IMG/VR virus record: IMGVR_UViG_3300032318_000568
Location: 1 to 59,633 of that record
DNA length: 59,633 bases
Strand: one strand, 5' to 3'
Source: a virus
Lineage: Duplodnaviria; Caudoviricetes
Made by a program: the position numbers and the translations under genes. Positions 10,504 through 20,232 of this stretch are shown here, piece after piece. Within the stretch, counting starts at the first letter, position 1, and each line of letters starts with the position of its first letter. The notes below the pieces were generated by a model, which made no database searches, had not been told where the DNA came from, and worked only from the letters and a program-made list of their open reading frames with translations.

Positions 10504-10532
10504 TTTATACTACATTGTCAACCCTTTGTCAA
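10504..10532 (-). promoter_or_regulatory. Leftward (antisense) sigma70-type promoter
   Basis: Minus strand reads TTGACA-N17-TATAAA, with a second TTGACA inside the spacer. Confidence 0.6.
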
Positions 10533-10544
10533 GAGAAAAATTGC

Positions 10545-11171
10545 ATGAACAATAAAAATGTTACACCCAAGAAAAGTAGACCACACTATGTTGATAACAA
10601 GAAGTTCTATGAGGAAATTGTAAAGTATAAAGAAGCTGTGGCTAAAGCAAGGGAAGAAGGGCAACAAGAACCAAGACTATCAAACTATATTGGTGAATGT
10701 ATTTACAAGATTGCGGAAAAACTTTCATATAAGCCCTGCTTTATGAACTACTCTTTCCGAGAAGAAATGGTTGACGATGGCATAGAAAACTGTATAATGT
10801 ATTTTAAAGATTTTGATCCGAACAAAACGCAGAATCCATTTGCTTATTTCACTCAGGTGATATATTATGCTTTCTTGAGACGCATCGCTAAGGAAGAAAG
10901 AAACAGGTATACAACATATAAGTATTTCCAAGAAACAATGATTAACCCTGGACTTGCTGAGATATCGATTGATGATTCAGGTTCAAGTTCAGGAAGTGAT
11001 TATGATAACTTTATTCCTAAGAAGATGTATGATAATATAAATGACTTTATGGAAAAGTTTGAACGTAAAGAAGCTGAGAAGAAACAGAAGCGAAAAGAAC
11101 TAAAAGGTTTACAGAAATTTTATGAGGATGAAGCAAATGAAGGAGAATCTAAATCTGCCATTGCAGGTTGA
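10545..11171 (+). CDS. gp55: Late transcription sigma factor
   Basis: HYVDNKKF, YIGECIYKIA, NYSFREEMVDDGIENC, NPFAYFTQVIYYAFLRRI. Confidence 0.97.
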   Translation: MNNKNVTPKKSRPHYVDNKKFYEEIVKYKEAVAKAREEGQQEPRLSNYIGECIYKIAEKLSYKPCFMNYSFREEMVDDGIENCIMYFKDFDPNKTQNPFAYFTQVIYYAFLRRIAKEERNRYTTYKYFQETMINPGLAEISIDDSGSSSGSDYDNFIPKKMYDNINDFMEKFERKEAEKKQKRKELKGLQKFYEDEANEGESKSAIAG

Positions 11172-11331
11172 ACACCTGATTAAGAATATGCTTGATAAGA
11201 CTCAAGGAGAACATGTTCGAAACAATTACAGACAAACACTAGATGGCATCTCTGTCGCTATTCAGAAAGCTATTCGGCAATATGATACTACATATGATGC
11301 ACAGTATAATTTGAAACGCAAAGGTAGATAA
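11137..11331 (+). CDS. Hypothetical protein
   Basis: Short ORF with SD bridging gp55 and gp47; stop overlaps gp47 start. Confidence 0.6.
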   Translation: MKENLNLPLQVEHLIKNMLDKTQGEHVRNNYRQTLDGISVAIQKAIRQYDTTYDAQYNLKRKGR

Positions 11332-12407
11332 TGAAGATTGCCCTTATAACCGATACGCACTGGGGAGTCAGAAATGACTCTCCGGTTTTTCATGACCATT
11401 TCAAGAAATCATTAGAACAGTTTTGGAAATCAGTTGAAGAACAGAATGTAAGAGCAATCATTCATCTCGGTGATTTGTTTGACCGTCGTAAGTATGTGAA
11501 CTTCAACACGGCAAAACGTTGTCGTGAGGATTTTCTTGAAGTCATCGAAGCTAAAAAGATTCCTACTTGTATCATTGCAGGTAATCATGATGAGTTTTAT
11601 AAGAACACACATGAAGTGAATGCACTTGATGAACTTGTGACAAACAAATACAAATACATCAAAACATTCACAAAGCCTGAACTTGTTGATATTGATGGAA
11701 CATTAATACAACTTCTACCATGGATTACGGAGACTAATCATGAAGATTCAATGGATGCAATCAAAAACACAAGAGCAGACATTCTCATGGGGCATTTGGA
11801 ACTCAATGGTTTCGAAATGTTTAGAGGAACCGTTTCAGACCATGGTATGGATGCTACGCTCTTCGATAGGTTTGATTTTGTTTTCTCTGGTCACTATCAT
11901 CACAAGTCTAGTAATGGTAACATCCACTACCTTGGCGCTTTTGCTGAATATACTTGGTCTGATTATAATGATCCCCGTGGCTTTCATATATTTGATACTG
12001 CAACTCGTCGATTGGATTTTATTCGGAATGAAAACAAAATCTTCCAAATAATTCACTATGATGATGTTAAAGATAAAGACATTTTAAACACAATCAAAGA
12101 AATGGATTTATCAAAATATGAGAATACATACACACGCATTGTAGTTGCTAACAAAACTAATCCTTATGCGTTTGATATGCTATTTGATAAGCTATATAAA
12201 GTATCGCCTCTTGATATTTCTATCGTAGAAGATATTTCAGCTTTTGTTGAGAATGACCCTGAGTCGGAAGTAGACCAAGCGGAAGATACTCCTACAATCT
12301 TAGACAAATACATTTCAGGCTTGACATTGAACGTAGATAGTGATAAGATGAAAAAATATATGCGAAGTGTTTATTCGGAAGCATTGCAGTTGGAGACTAT
12401 CGATTGA
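11331..12407 (+). CDS. gp47: Recombination nuclease subunit (Mre11/SbcD-like)
   Basis: DTHWG, HLGDLFD, GNHD, GHLEL, SGHYHH metallophosphoesterase motifs. Confidence 0.96.
   Translation: MKIALITDTHWGVRNDSPVFHDHFKKSLEQFWKSVEEQNVRAIIHLGDLFDRRKYVNFNTAKRCREDFLEVIEAKKIPTCIIAGNHDEFYKNTHEVNALDELVTNKYKYIKTFTKPELVDIDGTLIQLLPWITETNHEDSMDAIKNTRADILMGHLELNGFEMFRGTVSDHGMDATLFDRFDFVFSGHYHHKSSNGNIHYLGAFAEYTWSDYNDPRGFHIFDTATRRLDFIRNENKIFQIIHYDDVKDKDILNTIKEMDLSKYENTYTRIVVANKTNPYAFDMLFDKLYKVSPLDISIVEDISAFVENDPESEVDQAEDTPTILDKYISGLTLNVDSDKMKKYMRSVYSEALQLETID
12321..12349 (+). promoter_or_regulatory. Internal sigma70-type promoter upstream of gp46
   Basis: TTGACA-N17-TAAGAT within gp47 3' end. Confidence 0.55.
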
Positions 12408-12631
12408 AAATCATTCATATTAACCGTAACATCATTCAGCAAAACGCAAAGCACAACAGACAAGAACCTGTTGTGCGTTTTGAGGAAAATGGCAAAGTTA
12501 CATATTGCATGGAAGTCGATATTAAGGGTCCGTCTCGTATGGTATATCGTCCAGATAAACCACGCCCATGTGGTGCTAAACTCTGGATTGAAACAGATGC
12601 AGATGTTGAATTGATTGGTGTGAAAGATTAA
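12404..12631 (+). CDS. Conserved hypothetical protein
   Basis: IHINRNII...[17 protein letters not shown]; coupled to both neighbours. Confidence 0.7.
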   Translation: MKIIHINRNIIQQNAKHNRQEPVVRFEENGKVTYCMEVDIKGPSRMVYRPDKPRPCGAKLWIETDADVELIGVKD

Positions 12632-14346
12632 TGATTAATTTTAAAGTGGTACGTTGGAAGAACTTTCTTTCGACAGGAAACATATTTACGGAAGTCCAGC
12701 TTAACAAAACAGCTAACACTCTTATTGTAGGCGAGAATGGTGCGGGTAAATCCACTATTCTTGATGCGATTACGTTTGCTCTTTTTGGTAAAGCATTTCG
12801 TAAAATCAACAAGCCTGCGCTTGTCAATTCAGTTAACGAAAAGAACTGTCTCGTTGAAATAGAGTTCGAGACTAATGGTAAATCATATAAGATTGTTCGA
12901 GGTATCAAACCGAATGTGTTTGAAATCTATATGAACGACACAATGATTAATCAAGACTCAGCGTCTAAAGACTATCAAGAATATCTTGAGTCAACAATCA
13001 TCAAGATGAACTATAAGTCTTTCACTCAGATTGTCATTCTCGGTTCAGCATCGTTTACACCGTTTATGCAGTTATCAACAAATGACCGCAGAACTGTCAT
13101 CGAAGATTTGCTCGACATTCAAATATTTTCGACAATGAATGTTATCGTAAAGCAGAAGTTGCAATCCAATAAAGAACAGCTTGAACGCAATCGTATCGAG
13201 ATTACAGCTAAGGAAGATAACAAAGTCTATATCGAAAAGACTTTGGCTAGTCTGAAAACAAACAATGATGAAAAGTTACGTGAACTTGAGCAACAGAAAG
13301 AATACTACAACGAAGAGAAAAAGAAACTTCTTACTCGTGTAGAGACTATTGCCAAAGAACGCGATGAACTTATAACAAAGATTGCTGATTTATCGGAACT
13401 ACGTAAGCAACATACAGACTTTGTTAAGTTGCAAGCTAAACGTGATTCTGATATGAAAAGGTGTGATAAAGAAAAAGATTTCTATAATCATTCAGATAAC
13501 TGTCCAACTTGTAAGCAGAAGATTGATGAGTCTTTCAAAACTCAGCGTATCAAAGATTTGAGTATTGAGATTGATGCCACACTCAAACATTTGGCTCTTG
13601 ATGATGTAACTATATCGACACTTGTCGATTCCATATCAAACATGGAAAACTTAGCAAAAAAGATTGATAGCATCACATCTGAAATCAAGACAAGCAAGAA
13701 TACCATGATGCATTTTGTTTCTATGATTAATGAAACGGAAGATGCTATTGATAAACTATTGCACTCCGATAAACTTATCAATGATAGCAAAGAAGAATTG
13801 GTCAATGTCACACAAGACTTGATAACATTGAATTACAGAAAAGAAGAATTGCTGAACGAACGTCAGTATATTGAAACAGCTTTGGTTCTTCTCAAAGATG
13901 GTGGTATCAAGACTAAGATTATCAAGCAATATCTTCCAATCATCAATAAACTCATAAACAAGTATCTGTCTCAGATGGGTTTCTTTGTTAACTTCAATAT
14001 CAATGAACAGTTTGAAGAAACAATCAAGAGTCGTTACCGTGATGAGTTTTCTTATCAGAACTTCTCAGAGGGTGAGAAGATGCGTATTGACTTAGCTTTG
14101 TTGTTTACATGGCGAGCAATTGCAAAGATGCGTAACTCTGTCAATACCAATCTGCTTCTTCTAGATGAAGTGTTTGATGGTTCACTTGATATGAATGGAA
14201 CAGATGAGTTTCTCAAGATTATGTGGAGTATGTTGTCTGATACAAATACGTTCGTCATCTCACATAAGACTGACCAGTTAACGGACAGATTCCAAAGAAC
14301 TCTACGATTTGAGAAGCACAAAAACTTTAGTCGTATTGTTACTTGA
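12631..14346 (+). CDS. gp46: Recombination ATPase subunit (Rad50/SbcC-like)
   Basis: Walker A GENGAGKS, CPTC zinc hook, FSEGEK signature, LLLDEVFD Walker B. Confidence 0.97.
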   Translation: MINFKVVRWKNFLSTGNIFTEVQLNKTANTLIVGENGAGKSTILDAITFALFGKAFRKINKPALVNSVNEKNCLVEIEFETNGKSYKIVRGIKPNVFEIYMNDTMINQDSASKDYQEYLESTIIKMNYKSFTQIVILGSASFTPFMQLSTNDRRTVIEDLLDIQIFSTMNVIVKQKLQSNKEQLERNRIEITAKEDNKVYIEKTLASLKTNNDEKLRELEQQKEYYNEEKKKLLTRVETIAKERDELITKIADLSELRKQHTDFVKLQAKRDSDMKRCDKEKDFYNHSDNCPTCKQKIDESFKTQRIKDLSIEIDATLKHLALDDVTISTLVDSISNMENLAKKIDSITSEIKTSKNTMMHFVSMINETEDAIDKLLHSDKLINDSKEELVNVTQDLITLNYRKEELLNERQYIETALVLLKDGGIKTKIIKQYLPIINKLINKYLSQMGFFVNFNINEQFEETIKSRYRDEFSYQNFSEGEKMRIDLALLFTWRAIAKMRNSVNTNLLLLDEVFDGSLDMNGTDEFLKIMWSMLSDTNTFVISHKTDQLTDRFQRTLRFEKHKNFSRIVT

Positions 14347-14371
14347 CATTTGAAATTATCCTATATATAAT
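14343..14371 (+). promoter_or_regulatory. Consensus sigma70 promoter
   Basis: TTGACA-N17-TATAAT in front of the three-gene glycosyltransferase unit. Confidence 0.85.
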
Positions 14372-14397
14372 ATAGCATTTTGTTATTGGAGATAAGC

Positions 14398-14745
14398 ATG
14401 TCTAAAGAAGTAAAAGAATCCTCTGAATATGATAACTTCCTGAATAGAAAAGAAGAAGTTGATAAACCGAACGACTTGTCGGGTTTGTTGGGTATCGAAG
14501 GCGATGATGCTAATGATAAAGAAAAACTTTGGGTCGGTATGCCAGAGTTTGTTCAGAAAGATAATCCTACATACAAAACAATCTATCTTCATTTTCGAAA
14601 CAAAGAAGATTTCGACGAGTTCCGTAATAAGTATAAGGTTGTTATGGATGATGAGCAAACTATCTCTGACAAGACTAAGAGCATGTGGTACCCTCATCTT
14701 GCTAAAGACGAGAACAGTTTGAAGCGTTGGTTCGAAGAAGAATGA
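14398..14745 (+). CDS. Small partner protein of GREB1/TAGT-like glycosyltransferases
   Basis: WVGMPEF...IYLHFRNKEDFDEF...KTKSMWYP; first gene of a coupled unit. Confidence 0.6.
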   Translation: MSKEVKESSEYDNFLNRKEEVDKPNDLSGLLGIEGDDANDKEKLWVGMPEFVQKDNPTYKTIYLHFRNKEDFDEFRNKYKVVMDDEQTISDKTKSMWYPHLAKDENSLKRWFEEE

Positions 14746-15635
14746 TTGAAAAGATATTTATTCCTACAGTTCATAGAGTCGATAATCAAATTACATACAA
14801 CAATCTTCCTGATTCACTCAAGAAGAAAGTTGTTATGGTTGTTCAAGCATGGGAACAATCTCAGTATCAATATGACTGTGAATATCTTGTGTTGCCTGAT
14901 ACAGCCGAATATCATTTCAGTGATTACTATTGCTTGCCAAAAACACGCCGTTTCATATACGAAGCTGGCAAGAACATGAAGTATTGTATCTTTGATGATG
15001 ATATACAATTCGGCAGAAGAAACATGAAGTATTTTGGTGCACCATCTAATATGGAAACGTCGAAGCGTTTTTGTAATGATGATGATATCAATGAGATGTT
15101 CAGTCTTTTTGATGAATGGTTAGATATTCCTAATGTTACAGTGTGTGGTTGTTCTCAAGTCGAGAATCCGCCCTCTGGTGGACTTGAACAAGTTTCATTT
15201 GATAAAGTTGCAAGTTTCCGTAGTAATGCATCTATGACTTCTGCATATTGGATAAATGGAAACAACTTCAAGAATATTCTTGACGATTTAGATTTGACTT
15301 CTGTCAGAGTTGGTGAAGATGTTTGTTTTCTACTCAGTCTCTTGACAAGAGGATATAGTAATAGAGTATCGAATGAGTTTGTGACATTCAATCATAGCAA
15401 TAACAAAAAGATGAAATCTACAGTTTGGGACCAACAAACATATGAACAGACTTTAAAAGACCATAAACATCTTGAAAAATTATTTCCTGGCATATATACT
15501 ATTCTTTATGATAAAGATGGAAATAGAATGAAAGGTGGCTATCGTGACTTTGGTAAAAGCAAGATAGAGTGGAGCAAAGCATATAAAACGTCAAAGAAGA
15601 GTGATACAAGTTTAGAAGGTTTTTTCAATGACTAA
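14742..15635 (+). CDS. GT-A fold glycosyltransferase, GREB1/TET-associated (TAGT)-like
   Basis: IFIPTVHR, FDDD metal motif, GED motif, C-terminal WSKAY. Confidence 0.65.
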   Translation: MIEKIFIPTVHRVDNQITYNNLPDSLKKKVVMVVQAWEQSQYQYDCEYLVLPDTAEYHFSDYYCLPKTRRFIYEAGKNMKYCIFDDDIQFGRRNMKYFGAPSNMETSKRFCNDDDINEMFSLFDEWLDIPNVTVCGCSQVENPPSGGLEQVSFDKVASFRSNASMTSAYWINGNNFKNILDDLDLTSVRVGEDVCFLLSLLTRGYSNRVSNEFVTFNHSNNKKMKSTVWDQQTYEQTLKDHKHLEKLFPGIYTILYDKDGNRMKGGYRDFGKSKIEWSKAYKTSKKSDTSLEGFFND

Positions 15636-16602
15636 TCCTACACATCCAGTTTATATTATTTCAAAGGGTCGTTATGATTCCATGTTGACTTCTCGTTCTC
15701 TTGCAAGAATGAAAGTTCCACATTATATTGCTATCGAACCACAAGAAGAACAAGAGTATGAAAAAGCATTAGATACTTTTGATATTCGAAAGTATGTCAC
15801 ACTTCTAATTGCACCATTCTCAAATCATGGTGATGGTCCTGGTCGTGCAAGAAACTGGTGTTGGGACCATGCAATATCAATCGGTGCAGAAAAGCACTGG
15901 GTATGTGATGACAACATTCAAGACTTCTATCGTCTCCATAAAAATCAACGCATTCGTGTAGAGTCTGGTGTCATATTCAAAATGGCAGAAGATTTTGTTG
16001 ATAGATTTGAAAATGTTCCAATATCTGGATTTCAATATCGTTTCTTCATTGCACCGAATCAAAGCTATCCGCCATTCACAGTCAATACTCGAATCTATTC
16101 AACGCTTCTAATCTCTAATGATTGTAAGCATCGCTGGCGTGGAAGATACAATGAAGATACTGATATCTGTCTCCGTGTTTTGAAAGATGGTGATTGCACA
16201 ATTCAGTTCAATGCATTTCTTCAAGGCAAAGCAGCTACACAAACTGTTAAGGGTGGTAACACAGCAGAGTTCTATCACGCAGAAGGTGTTCTTGATAAGG
16301 AACAGTGGAGAGACGGTATGTTGAATCCTACTGGTACAATCAATAAGTCTCAGATGCTTGTTGATATGCATCCTGACGTAGCGAAAACTGTTTGGCGATA
16401 TGGGCGTTGGCATCATTATGTCGATTATCTTCCTTTCCAGAAATCAGAACATAAACTGAATCCTGAACAGTTGAAAATCCGCAGAAACATTGGACTGGGT
16501 CCAGATGACAATGTGTTGAGATTGAAGCCCGATGTGGACCTATCAAAATTCCCTAAGGTCAACAATTATGGACTGGTTCTTAAGAAACTTGAGAAAGTAT
16601 AA
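15628..16602 (+). CDS. GT-A fold glycosyltransferase, GREB1/TET-associated (TAGT)-like
   Basis: PVYIISKGR, ARNWCWDH, WVCDDNI, WRGRYNEDTD, KGGNT, RWHHYVDY. Confidence 0.75.
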   Translation: MTNPTHPVYIISKGRYDSMLTSRSLARMKVPHYIAIEPQEEQEYEKALDTFDIRKYVTLLIAPFSNHGDGPGRARNWCWDHAISIGAEKHWVCDDNIQDFYRLHKNQRIRVESGVIFKMAEDFVDRFENVPISGFQYRFFIAPNQSYPPFTVNTRIYSTLLISNDCKHRWRGRYNEDTDICLRVLKDGDCTIQFNAFLQGKAATQTVKGGNTAEFYHAEGVLDKEQWRDGMLNPTGTINKSQMLVDMHPDVAKTVWRYGRWHHYVDYLPFQKSEHKLNPEQLKIRRNIGLGPDDNVLRLKPDVDLSKFPKVNNYGLVLKKLEKV

Positions 16603-16620
16603 GACTAAATTCTTATGAGT

Positions 16621-16687
16621 TATGCGGTAATTGCATAGCAGGTATACCATATTAGCTGTTGTATTCAATGAAAAATCCATGTAGGAT
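16621..16687 (+). promoter_or_regulatory. Promoter with upstream ATGC-N7-GCAT dyad (copy 1)
   Basis: TATGC-N7-GCATAG-N20-TTGTAT-N17-TAGGAT; same geometry at 50467. Confidence 0.7.
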
Positions 16688-16712
16688 ATACCTATAATTG
16701 ATGGGGTTACCT

Positions 16713-18899
16713 ATGGAAAATATTCAACAATCTAAGTCTCAATTAGCCAAGTTGTTGGCTGTTGAAAATATTACTGTCCAGCATCAAGCTGGTGCTAAGA
16801 CAGCCTGGTTCGATGTTAAGAACCGTGTTCTCTGTTTGCCTGTCTGGCGTGAAATGTCTAACGACCTCTATGACATGCTTGTGGTGCATGAAGTTGGGCA
16901 CGCCCTTGATACGCCAGCAGATGGTTGGCTTGATGCCATTAAAGATATCGCAAAGCGCACCAATGGTAGTGAAGCCAAAATCAAAGGCTTCCTTAATGTG
17001 ATTGAAGATGCTCGCATTGACAAACGCCAGAAGCGTCGTTTTCCTGGTGCAAAGCGTAACTACATTGCAGGTTACAAAGACCTGATTGAACGTGATTTCT
17101 TTGGCACGGCTCACCGCGATGTGAATGCCATGGCTTTCATTGACCGCTTGAATATCTATTTCAAGGGCGGTGCAATGCTTGGCATCAAGTTTTCAGCCGA
17201 AGAATTGCCGATGCTCAAGGCTGTTGAGAATGCAGAGACTTTTGCCGAAGTTATTGAATTGACCGAACAAATCTACGGTTGGTCAAAAGCTAAAAAGCAA
17301 GAAGAGCAAGAAATTGGGGACATGCACAATATGTCCGATGAAGGTGACGGCGACGAAACTGAAAATGTTTCGAAGGCTTCGAAGTCACAAGATGATACTG
17401 ATGATGAAGCCGAAATGTCGGAATCTGAGGCTGATGAAAGTGAAGCCGATGATACTGATGGTTCTGGTGAAGGCGATGCACAAAACGATGATGACGCAGA
17501 TGGTGCTGGTGATGGCGCCGACATGCAAGATGATGATGGTGATAATGTTGGTGATGATACCGATGATGAACCAGAATCCTTGACTGAAAAAGCGTGGGAC
17601 AAAAAACAAGAAGAATTGGTTCAAGACAACGATACCGATTATATCTATCTTTCTGTTCCGACTTTCGACAAGTCAAAGTTTGTTGATGATTACAAAAAAG
17701 TTCTGGCTGAACAGAAATATTTCATACATGATGACCGCATGAAATATTACAATGATTTCGTGTCTTTCAAATCTTCTGAAAACAACACCATCTCATACAT
17801 GGTGAAAGAATTTGAAATGCGTAAATCGGCTGATGAGTACCAGCGTACCTCTGTGGCTAAGACTGGTGTGATTGATACCAACAAGCTCCATTCATACAAG
17901 TTCAATGATGATATCTTCCGTCGCATGGCAACAGTTGCGGCTGGTAAAAATCATGGCTTCGTTATGTTCCTTGACTGGTCTGGTTCAATGCATGCCAATC
18001 TCAAGAACACAATCAAGCAGGTTCTATCGCTCGTTTGGTTCTGCAAGCGAATCCAAGTGCCGTTTGAAGTGTATGCATTCCGCACCGCTCAAGACCGTGA
18101 GTATAATGAACTTGAACATGCGGCTAGCAAAAATGCTGGCGAGTTGTATGTTCAACCTTTCAAACTTCGTAACTTCTTGTCCTCGCGTATGAAGTTGCAA
18201 GAATTGAATGATGCAATGCTTAATCTCTGGATGGCAGGCAATCACCGTGTTGCTGGTTGTGACTATCTAAATTCTACTCCGCTCAATCAGGCTATCATGG
18301 TTGCACCTGATGTTATCAATGAGTTTAAGGCTCGCAACAAATTGCAGGTTGTCAATACCATCTTCTTGACAGACGGCGAGTCAGACCCTGTTTCTGGTTA
18401 TGCTAAGCCTGATGGTATTCATAATGATACCAAAAATAAAAAGTTTATCCTTCAAGATAAAAAGACAAAGAAGAATTATGAATTGGCTTTAGAATACAAA
18501 CATGCCACATACTTCGGCAATGTTCACCGTAAAAAGTTTACAGTCACTTTGCTCAAGATGTTGAAAGAACAAACTGGTTGCAACCTTATCGGTTTCTACA
18601 TTCATGGTTCGAACTTTCGTGCCGCATACAATGAGTTTTTCGGTTACTCTACAACCGAACAACATAAAGATGAAGCGTCCAAAATGTGGCGTGAAGATGG
18701 TTTCATTTCTGTCACAAGCGAAGGGTATGATGAATACTATATTCTGAATACCAAAAACTTGAACATCGTAACCGAAAAGTTACAAATCGATAACACGATG
18801 ACCAAGGGTAAACTTGCTAAGGAATTTATGAAGTTTTCCACAAACAAGTCGGTAAATCGTGTGCTCCTTCAACGGTTTGTCAAGAAAATTGCCGCTTGA
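16713..18899 (+). CDS. CobT-like protein: zincin peptidase domain, acidic linker, vWA domain
   Basis: HEVGH (HExxH), NVIEDARI, Asp/Glu-rich linker, MIDAS DWSGS, LTDGE. Confidence 0.85.
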   Translation: MENIQQSKSQLAKLLAVENITVQHQAGAKTAWFDVKNRVLCLPVWREMSNDLYDMLVVHEVGHALDTPADGWLDAIKDIAKRTNGSEAKIKGFLNVIEDARIDKRQKRRFPGAKRNYIAGYKDLIERDFFGTAHRDVNAMAFIDRLNIYFKGGAMLGIKFSAEELPMLKAVENAETFAEVIELTEQIYGWSKAKKQEEQEIGDMHNMSDEGDGDETENVSKASKSQDDTDDEAEMSESEADESEADDTDGSGEGDAQNDDDADGAGDGADMQDDDGDNVGDDTDDEPESLTEKAWDKKQEELVQDNDTDYIYLSVPTFDKSKFVDDYKKVLAEQKYFIHDDRMKYYNDFVSFKSSENNTISYMVKEFEMRKSADEYQRTSVAKTGVIDTNKLHSYKFNDDIFRRMATVAAGKNHGFVMFLDWSGSMHANLKNTIKQVLSLVWFCKRIQVPFEVYAFRTAQDREYNELEHAASKNAGELYVQPFKLRNFLSSRMKLQELNDAMLNLWMAGNHRVAGCDYLNSTPLNQAIMVAPDVINEFKARNKLQVVNTIFLTDGESDPVSGYAKPDGIHNDTKNKKFILQDKKTKKNYELALEYKHATYFGNVHRKKFTVTLLKMLKEQTGCNLIGFYIHGSNFRAAYNEFFGYSTTEQHKDEASKMWREDGFISVTSEGYDEYYILNTKNLNIVTEKLQIDNTMTKGKLAKEFMKFSTNKSVNRVLLQRFVKKIAA

Positions 18900-18924
18900 C
18901 AAACCAATCATTCCGTGGTATACT
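18896..18924 (+). promoter_or_regulatory. Sigma70 promoter
   Basis: TTGACA-N17-TATACT with extended -10 TG. Confidence 0.8.
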
Positions 18925-18953
18925 TCTTATATAAAGTGAGAAAGGAAATCGTT

Positions 18954-20120
18954 ATGAAGTCCGTTGATAAGACCCCGTTCCTCAATGCCATTGCTACCGA
19001 ACTTGGTGACGTTACGACAGTGACTCGCAAGCAAGTTTTCGATATCATGGCAAAGTATGGTCTTAAAGATCCGTTGTGGTTGACCAAGAACGATTCGGTT
19101 CGTATTGGTCGAGGTCTCTACTCCCTTGAAAATCTTCCTACCGTGAAAGCAGAAAAAGTAATGCCTGTTGTGAAGCGTGTTGTCGCGCCTGTTGAGTCTC
19201 GTGTTGATATGTCTGTCGGCGTGATTGGCGCTTCTGATAATATCAACCTTGTGCCGAACAAAGCGACTGGTTATGTCCCGTTCGGTCACTTTGCCGATAT
19301 TCGTTCCATCGTCAAGTCGAATCGTTTTTATCCGACTTATGTAACTGGTCTTTCTGGTAACGGCAAGACCATGATGATTGAACAGATTTGCGCTCAAGAA
19401 AAGCGTGAACTTGTCCGCGCTAACATTACCCGTGAGACTGATGAAGATGATTTGATTGGCGGTTTCCGTTTGATTGACGGCAAGACTGTTTGGCAGAATG
19501 GTCCTGTTGTGATTGCAATGGAACGTGGCGCAATTCTTCTTCTTGATGAAGTCGACCTTGGTGATGCTAAGTTGATGTGCTTACAGCCTGTCCTTGAAGG
19601 CAAGCCTATCTATCTCAAGAAGATTAACAAGGTTGTTACGCCAGCCGCTGGCTTCAATGTGATGGCTACTGCAAATACTAAGGGTAAAGGTTCTGATGAT
19701 GGTCGCTTCATTGGCACCAACGTGATGAACGAAGCCTTTCTTGAGCGTTTCTCAATCACGTTTGAACAAGAATATCCTTCTGCAAAAACCGAAGCTAAGA
19801 TTGTGGCCAATGTTCTTGCTGAAAATGGCATCAATGATAATGACTTTGTTGAAAAGCTGGTTACGTGGGCAGAAGTTATCCGCAAGTCCTTCTATGAAGG
19901 TGCTGTGAGTGACATTATTTCCACTCGCCGTCTTGTTCACATTGCAGAAGCGTTCGGTATCTTCGGGCAAAATCGTGAGAAAGCAATTCGTCTTTGCTTG
20001 AACCGCTTCGATGTTGATACCAAGAACTCCTTCATGGACCTCTACATGAAGTTGGACGAAACTGTATCGCCGAAAGCTGATGAGCCTAAGGTAGATGAAA
20101 AACAAGAAGTATCGTTCTAA
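18954..20120 (+). CDS. cobS: MoxR/CobS-like AAA+ ATPase
   Basis: GLSGNGKT, ETDEDDLIGGFRL, LLLDEVD, ATANTKGKGSDDGRFIGT, NEAFLERF, ISTRRLVHI. Confidence 0.92.
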   Translation: MKSVDKTPFLNAIATELGDVTTVTRKQVFDIMAKYGLKDPLWLTKNDSVRIGRGLYSLENLPTVKAEKVMPVVKRVVAPVESRVDMSVGVIGASDNINLVPNKATGYVPFGHFADIRSIVKSNRFYPTYVTGLSGNGKTMMIEQICAQEKRELVRANITRETDEDDLIGGFRLIDGKTVWQNGPVVIAMERGAILLLDEVDLGDAKLMCLQPVLEGKPIYLKKINKVVTPAAGFNVMATANTKGKGSDDGRFIGTNVMNEAFLERFSITFEQEYPSAKTEAKIVANVLAENGINDNDFVEKLVTWAEVIRKSFYEGAVSDIISTRRLVHIAEAFGIFGQNREKAIRLCLNRFDVDTKNSFMDLYMKLDETVSPKADEPKVDEKQEVSF

Positions 20121-20126
20121 TACTTC

Positions 20127-20155
20127 TTGACAAGAGATTCTTCCTCTTGTATAAT
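20127..20155 (+). promoter_or_regulatory. Consensus sigma70 promoter with overlapping palindrome
   Basis: TTGACA-N17-TATAAT; ACAAGAG-N7-CTCTTGT spans the spacer. Confidence 0.85.
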
Positions 20156-20232
20156 ACAGAGATGATGGTAAAGAGACCATATCGTCATCTCTGAAAACTT
20201 TGATGGTCTTTATTATTATGGAGTGAACATAA

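Noticed and set aside
17314-17583. GAT/GAC-rich quasi-repeat
   Set aside because: Explained by the acidic linker of the CobT-like protein
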